Made by a program: the position numbers and the translations under genes | In this document: positions 59,743-64,000 of the stretch, piece after piece | Position numbering within the stretch: the stretch's first letter is position 1 | Layout: each line of letters starts with the position of its first letter | The notes under the pieces: model-generated | Told to the model about the DNA's origin: nothing | What the model saw: only the letters and a program-made list of their open reading frames with translations | Database searches by the model: none | Assembly: GCA_019057385.1 (NCBI GenBank) | Contig: JAHQJS010000006.1 | Location: forward strand, 581,038-645,037 | DNA: 64,000 nucleotides | Direction: 5' to 3' | DNA from: Candidatus Borrarchaeum weybense | Lineage (GTDB): Archaea; Asgardarchaeota; Sifarchaeia; Borrarchaeales; Borrarchaeaceae

Positions 59743-61461
59743 ATGAAGGCTCTACCACAAACAGGAGGAATTCAAATTTCGTGGATACATGAATTTTTTG
59801 AGAAATATCGTGCCCAAATAACACCCCTCAGTATCACACATTTCAATATCGAGGATTTCCCGCAACTTTTTACTGCAAAAGTAAATGGGAAAACTCTTCC
59901 TGGATATTTTGAATTCGTAATTGAGTATGATATTGGATCGGGGTTATGTCCTTTTGAACCACAAAAAACAGACTCTGAACAACTTACAACAGATGAAGAC
60001 AGCTCTGAACAAATTACAATGACCGACAAACTACGTCAAGAATATGCGAAGTTTATACAGTCAGACGAAGTTTATGAACTACCTGTTGATCCCGTAGAAA
60101 CGCTGAACTTTATCCGCTATTTATTCCGCGAATATAAGGGGCTTTTTGTTCTTTATGATTGCGAAACAATAGCACCTGACAGTTCGGCGGCACACATGAC
60201 GCTACAGGATCGTCAATGTTCGCAACTACTTAAAAATTTAGCATTAGACCACAAAATTCGCAAAAAAGGAAGCGCAATCATAGTGACTGCCGAGAGGCTT
60301 GAGGATATTGCCCAAAAAGTCCGAAAGGTAGCTAATATCATTGAAATTCCGCTTCCTGACGATACATCACGAAAGAAAGTGTTTGAACAAGCAACTGAAA
60401 AAGTCGCTTATAATCCTAAGGACTTGGATCAATGGGTAGTCGGATCGAAAGGTTTGACAATCAAAGAACTTAAGTCGATCATAGTTGAACTTTATCAGAA
60501 AGACACCACAATTATGTTAGGTGACTTCTATGATCAAAAAGCGAAAAAGTTAGAGAAGTACGACATGGTCTCTTTAGAGAATCCAAAGTTCGGATTCGAG
60601 GGCTTAGTTCTACCAGACTACTTAAGTACTTTCCTTAAGACCTTCATAATAAAGCCATATCAACAAGCTATGCAAATTCGTCCAAAAGGGATCTTGTTCA
60701 CAGGACCACCAGGCACAGGGAAATCAGTGTTGGCGGAAGTAATAGCCTACGAACTTAACAGACCGTTGATTACCGTTGACGCAAGTAATTTACTCTCTCA
60801 ATATGTCGGGGAGAGTGAGAAACGGACTGCTCAATTTTTCCGAGTAATCAGACAATTTGGTGAGGCAGTTGTCCTTATTGATGAAGCCGAAGAATTACTC
60901 AGCGAGCGATCTACAGCAGTCAACACTGATAGCGGTGTGACATCCAATTTGAAGGCAACCTTTCTTCATGAAATGGCGAGAGATCATGGAGTATTGTTTA
61001 TACTCAATACTAATTATCCAATGAAACTCGATGCTGCCATGGTTCGTGTGGGCAGAATTAATTACAAAATACCACTTTTGCCACCATTTACCGCTGAAGA
61101 ACGGGCTAAAATACTTCGTGTGGTGTTAGATGTTCAATTAAAAGTCCCATACGATAAGAACATAGATTTTGAAGCAATTGCCGCAACACTTCAGGGATAC
61201 ACAGGCGCAGAATTACGAGAATTAGCAAGTGTAGCATGGGCTATTGCTTGTGTTGAAAATGACAAAGAAAAAACCGAGCAGGAAGATTTTGATGTCGCAA
61301 AAACGGTGTTTCTACCCGATACGCGAAAGATCAAAGAAATGACCGCCGACGCACTTTCAGTAGTGAATGACAAAAGGCTTTTGCCGCCACAACTCCACAA
61401 AGAAAAAGAAAAGAAGGTTCAAGAGTTTCAAGAAGGCACTTGGGATTCACTCTTTCAATAA
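59743..61461 (+). CDS. Ycf46-like AAA+ ATPase (degenerate N-terminal AAA plus active C-terminal AAA)
   Basis: PKGILFTGPPGTGKS, YVGESE, IDEAE, LDAAMVRVGRI and GYTGAEL; true start may be ATT 59776. Confidence 0.85.
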   Translation: MKALPQTGGIQISWIHEFFEKYRAQITPLSITHFNIEDFPQLFTAKVNGKTLPGYFEFVIEYDIGSGLCPFEPQKTDSEQLTTDEDSSEQITMTDKLRQEYAKFIQSDEVYELPVDPVETLNFIRYLFREYKGLFVLYDCETIAPDSSAAHMTLQDRQCSQLLKNLALDHKIRKKGSAIIVTAERLEDIAQKVRKVANIIEIPLPDDTSRKKVFEQATEKVAYNPKDLDQWVVGSKGLTIKELKSIIVELYQKDTTIMLGDFYDQKAKKLEKYDMVSLENPKFGFEGLVLPDYLSTFLKTFIIKPYQQAMQIRPKGILFTGPPGTGKSVLAEVIAYELNRPLITVDASNLLSQYVGESEKRTAQFFRVIRQFGEAVVLIDEAEELLSERSTAVNTDSGVTSNLKATFLHEMARDHGVLFILNTNYPMKLDAAMVRVGRINYKIPLLPPFTAEERAKILRVVLDVQLKVPYDKNIDFEAIAATLQGYTGAELRELASVAWAIACVENDKEKTEQEDFDVAKTVFLPDTRKIKEMTADALSVVNDKRLLPPQLHKEKEKKVQEFQEGTWDSLFQ

Positions 61462-61558
61462 TTTCCTCTTTTTTTTCTTTATCACTACTTAGGTAATTGT
61501 GTTCATTTTTAGAGGGGCTTCTTCTCCAGGAAGCTACTAACTTTAATGAGGAAAAAAG

Positions 61559-62059
61559 TTGAGTAAATATCTCGAAGTAAAAACTCAATTCAAAAGTATG
61601 GCACATCTTATCGAGGCATTAACATCAATCTATGGCTACGGTACAGTCAAAGCGGGTAAAAATTTACCTCTCAAGGATTATCTTGGCAATATACGACCAG
61701 AAAAGGCAGATATCGTAGTACCAAGACGCTTCATTCATCCAGCGTCAAACGATCTTGGATTCAAGAAAAATGAAAACGGTGTTTATACCATGATTATCTC
61801 AGAATTTGACGAAGTAGTAGCATCAATGACTCCCCAAAGACTCGCTAATGAACTTAATTTGTATGGTCCGCCATATTCGACTCAATGCAAAGGAATTCCG
61901 AATACTGAGATAAAGAAACAATACAATCTCAGTTTTATCAGAGACTTTGCCAAGAAAAACCGTTGGAATCTGTCATTGACAGACAAAGAAACTCATTTTG
62001 AAGTTCGTTTGAAACGAAGAGTGACTGTTTCCGCAAAAGCAAGGAGGTCTGCCAGATGA
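61559..62059 (+). CDS. DUF1257 (Ycf35-like) protein
   Basis: SKYLEVKTQF..LIEAL, ADIVVPR..SNDLGF..YTMIISEFD. Confidence 0.8.
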   Translation: MSKYLEVKTQFKSMAHLIEALTSIYGYGTVKAGKNLPLKDYLGNIRPEKADIVVPRRFIHPASNDLGFKKNENGVYTMIISEFDEVVASMTPQRLANELNLYGPPYSTQCKGIPNTEIKKQYNLSFIRDFAKKNRWNLSLTDKETHFEVRLKRRVTVSAKARRSAR

Positions 62060-62262
62060 CACAAGAAGAGCAGATCTTCTTCAAAATCGACAAAAAGACA
62101 GGTAACTTGACAATCGAAGGCAAAGGATTCGAAGGACCGATCTGTGAAGACGTTTTAAAGTCATTTGAAGAGTTAGGAGAGATAACACATGACAAAAGAA
62201 CACCAGAGTACTATAAAAAACCTCGACAAGTCCAAACAACCCGCCAACGACTTAGACATTAA
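62056..62262 (+). CDS. DUF2997 protein
   Basis: FKIDKKTG..IEGKGFEGPIC..ELG..TPEYY. Confidence 0.8.
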   Translation: MTQEEQIFFKIDKKTGNLTIEGKGFEGPICEDVLKSFEELGEITHDKRTPEYYKKPRQVQTTRQRLRH

Positions 62263-62448
62263 AATAAAAACAATAATTCGCATTGAGGACGATGGAACAG
62301 TCATTTTTTGCGATATTCCAACTGAGTTAATCCCTTTAGCCTTAGCATTGCGGGGCGATTAATTTCTCTTTTTTTTCTTATTATTTAGGTAATTCGTTAG
62401 GATGGAGCTTCTTCGTTGAGAGGCTACCAACTTCAGGAGAAAACCAAG

Positions 62449-63591
62449 ATGTCAGATACGAAAAACATTTCCATTTCTGTTAATGAAATGGATGTTCTTC
62501 TGAATGGTCAACGAATAGATCTTCATATCTCGTCAGGAGATATGTTTAGTCAATCTAAGTTGAATAAATTGCTCTACAAAGGATATAAAAGGCTTTCATC
62601 AACAATGGTGAAAACTTATACAAACGGCGATACTCTCACGCTTGATTCAATCAAGACAAAAGCACATGAACTAAGGCAGAAATACTGTTTCAGGTTATTT
62701 GAAAACAGCGTTGAAGACAACAGAGGGGCTGTATATTTTTGTCCCGAGTCTCTGACCGAAAAGTTGCGCAAAGACCTACGGGAACTCAAAAAGGAATATA
62801 AAAAGACACTTGAGTTTATTGGCAAAATCAGAGATACTTTGAATGAAGAAATCTTTAGTTTTTACAGTGAGCATTGTATTTATTGCGGGCGACCTGTGAA
62901 AGAAGAAAAGGCGGGAAAGATCATAAAATTGCGATGCACAGGCGATGATTCGCATATATTCACTAAAAAACTCATGGATCATTGGTTAGAACAAAATAAG
63001 TCGGTGATAGAAGTACCCTCGTTAGAGGAGATTAAAGCGCGAAAGAGATTTTATTATCGCTTCAGCAAATATTTTTTCCCCACTGAAGAACTCACTGACA
63101 ACTTAGTTGATACACAACTTAAACAGCAAAAGCAAAAAATGTATCAGGCAGAATTATCTACATGCAAGTCTGCAATAAAAAAACAGTTATGGCAAAAGAT
63201 GAAGTTAATCCTTGAATACATAGATGATCGGCTTTCAAAAAGAGAAAAACTTCGTGCAGACCAACTTGATAAAATCAAGAATGATTTAGATGCATTAGAA
63301 GAACTAAATAAAAGCACCTTCAAAATTCCTCAGATTTCTAATTCTATAGACAATCTCAATGCACAGATTGCAGACAAAGAAGCTGCACTGAAAGTTTTGA
63401 CAAACATCTCGAAGAACATCGAAAAGAAAATCAAAGAAGCTGAAGAAAATGAAAATATTGCGATGGATCTAATAGACAAATTAGAGGACATCGACATAGA
63501 AATTGGTACAGAAACGCTTGAACTAGAACAAAAAGAAGCAGTTGAAATTGAACTTGGTGACCAGAAAGAAGAGATTTTTTCTACAAATTAG
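62449..63591 (+). CDS. DUF3150-like coiled-coil protein with inserted Zn ribbon
   Basis: RGAVYFCPE motif, CIYC..C..H insert, position after DUF1257/DUF2997. Confidence 0.55.
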   Translation: MSDTKNISISVNEMDVLLNGQRIDLHISSGDMFSQSKLNKLLYKGYKRLSSTMVKTYTNGDTLTLDSIKTKAHELRQKYCFRLFENSVEDNRGAVYFCPESLTEKLRKDLRELKKEYKKTLEFIGKIRDTLNEEIFSFYSEHCIYCGRPVKEEKAGKIIKLRCTGDDSHIFTKKLMDHWLEQNKSVIEVPSLEEIKARKRFYYRFSKYFFPTEELTDNLVDTQLKQQKQKMYQAELSTCKSAIKKQLWQKMKLILEYIDDRLSKREKLRADQLDKIKNDLDALEELNKSTFKIPQISNSIDNLNAQIADKEAALKVLTNISKNIEKKIKEAEENENIAMDLIDKLEDIDIEIGTETLELEQKEAVEIELGDQKEEIFSTN

Positions 63592-63682
63592 TTTAAATCA
63601 AATCTTAGTACCTAGGTACTAAGAAATATTTTTCAATTTTTTATTTTTATGTGGGGCTTCATGGCTCAGGGGTGAACAAACT

Positions 63683-63880
63683 ATGCCTATAGATTCATGG
63701 CAAGAGTTCATTGAAACGATCAAAGGGCTTCTAATTGGTTGCGGTATAGATATTATTATTGTGTCTTTCTATATTCCAGAAGTCCGCAATGATCTCAATT
63801 ATTGGGTTCTCACACCAATACTCATCATCTTAGACTTTCTTGTGCGCTTTGTGAGAACCTTTTTTATTTTTTTATTATGA
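63683..63880 (+). CDS. Small 2-TM protein
   Basis: 65 aa; conserved leader GGGGCTTCATGGCTCAGGGGTGA. Confidence 0.6.
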   Translation: MPIDSWQEFIETIKGLLIGCGIDIIIVSFYIPEVRNDLNYWVLTPILIILDFLVRFVRTFFIFLL

Positions 63881-64000
63881 GGGGCTTCTTCTCCAGGAAG
63901 AACGCTACCAACTTTTTGTGAGGGATTAATATAAGACAACGAAAAAAGATTCAACTTCTGAGGGTCTCTCCAGTCACACGAATGAGACTTGTCAAAAAGT

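Larger units (their letters stand above)
34203..64000. mobile_element. Integrated provirus-like element; left boundary between ~34.0 and 36.1 kb, right end outside the window
   Basis: Switch from metabolic genes to hypotheticals, MCM/PCNA/AAA+, many small regulators and membrane proteins; element-restricted repeat motifs; no integrase or att site seen. Confidence 0.8.

Noticed and set aside
2983-62982. Numerous short antisense or overlapping ORFs in the track
   Set aside because: Shadows of well-supported genes on the other strand or frame, without SD or motifs
36113-63900. CRISPR array from the many short repeats
   Set aside because: Repeats are 6-12 bp and separated by whole genes, not ~30-bp repeats with uniform spacers; no cas genes

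Overview
Archaeal chromosome segment, most likely an Asgard archaeon (inferred from the MglA-type small GTPase, the membrane-anchored PCI/winged-helix protein and archaeal GGAGG/GGTGA Shine-Dalgarno (SD) sites). Bases 1-~34,000 are host genes: a VWA protein, two cation/H+ antiporters, a CofD-like protein, Hsp20, a small GTPase, a CBS protein, a 1913-aa TrmB-like coiled-coil protein, three GT4 glycosyltransferases, a beta-CASP nuclease, a QueG-like protein, an SDR, two convergent ilvBN operons and ilvC, plus IS200/IS605 end remnants. From ~34-36 kb to the window end lies an integrated provirus-like element; no integrase or att site is visible. It has a minus-strand arm of membrane and putative virion proteins and a plus-strand replication/early arm. 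The early arm encodes an MCM-like helicase, PCNA fused to a C2H2 finger, AAA+ ATPases and a DUF1257/DUF2997 module. Four non-coding signal layers mark the element. (1) 22 exact copies of the palindrome TACYTARGTA. (2) About 16 copies of a T-tract/GGRGCT-hairpin/SD leader in front of nearly every early gene. (3) A duplicated TTGTnATnACAA box array shared by a wHTH regulator gene and an RNA locus 20 kb away. (4) TAGTCGCA x3 iteron-like repeats. The RNA locus (~58378-58622) ends in a perfect tRNA/tmRNA-like T-arm and acceptor stem whose 3' strand (AAGCTCC) is the reverse complement of the repeated mRNA leader (GGRGCTT). This suggests an undescribed RNA-guided processing or regulatory system. Family assignments come from motif recognition by eye, not database searches.
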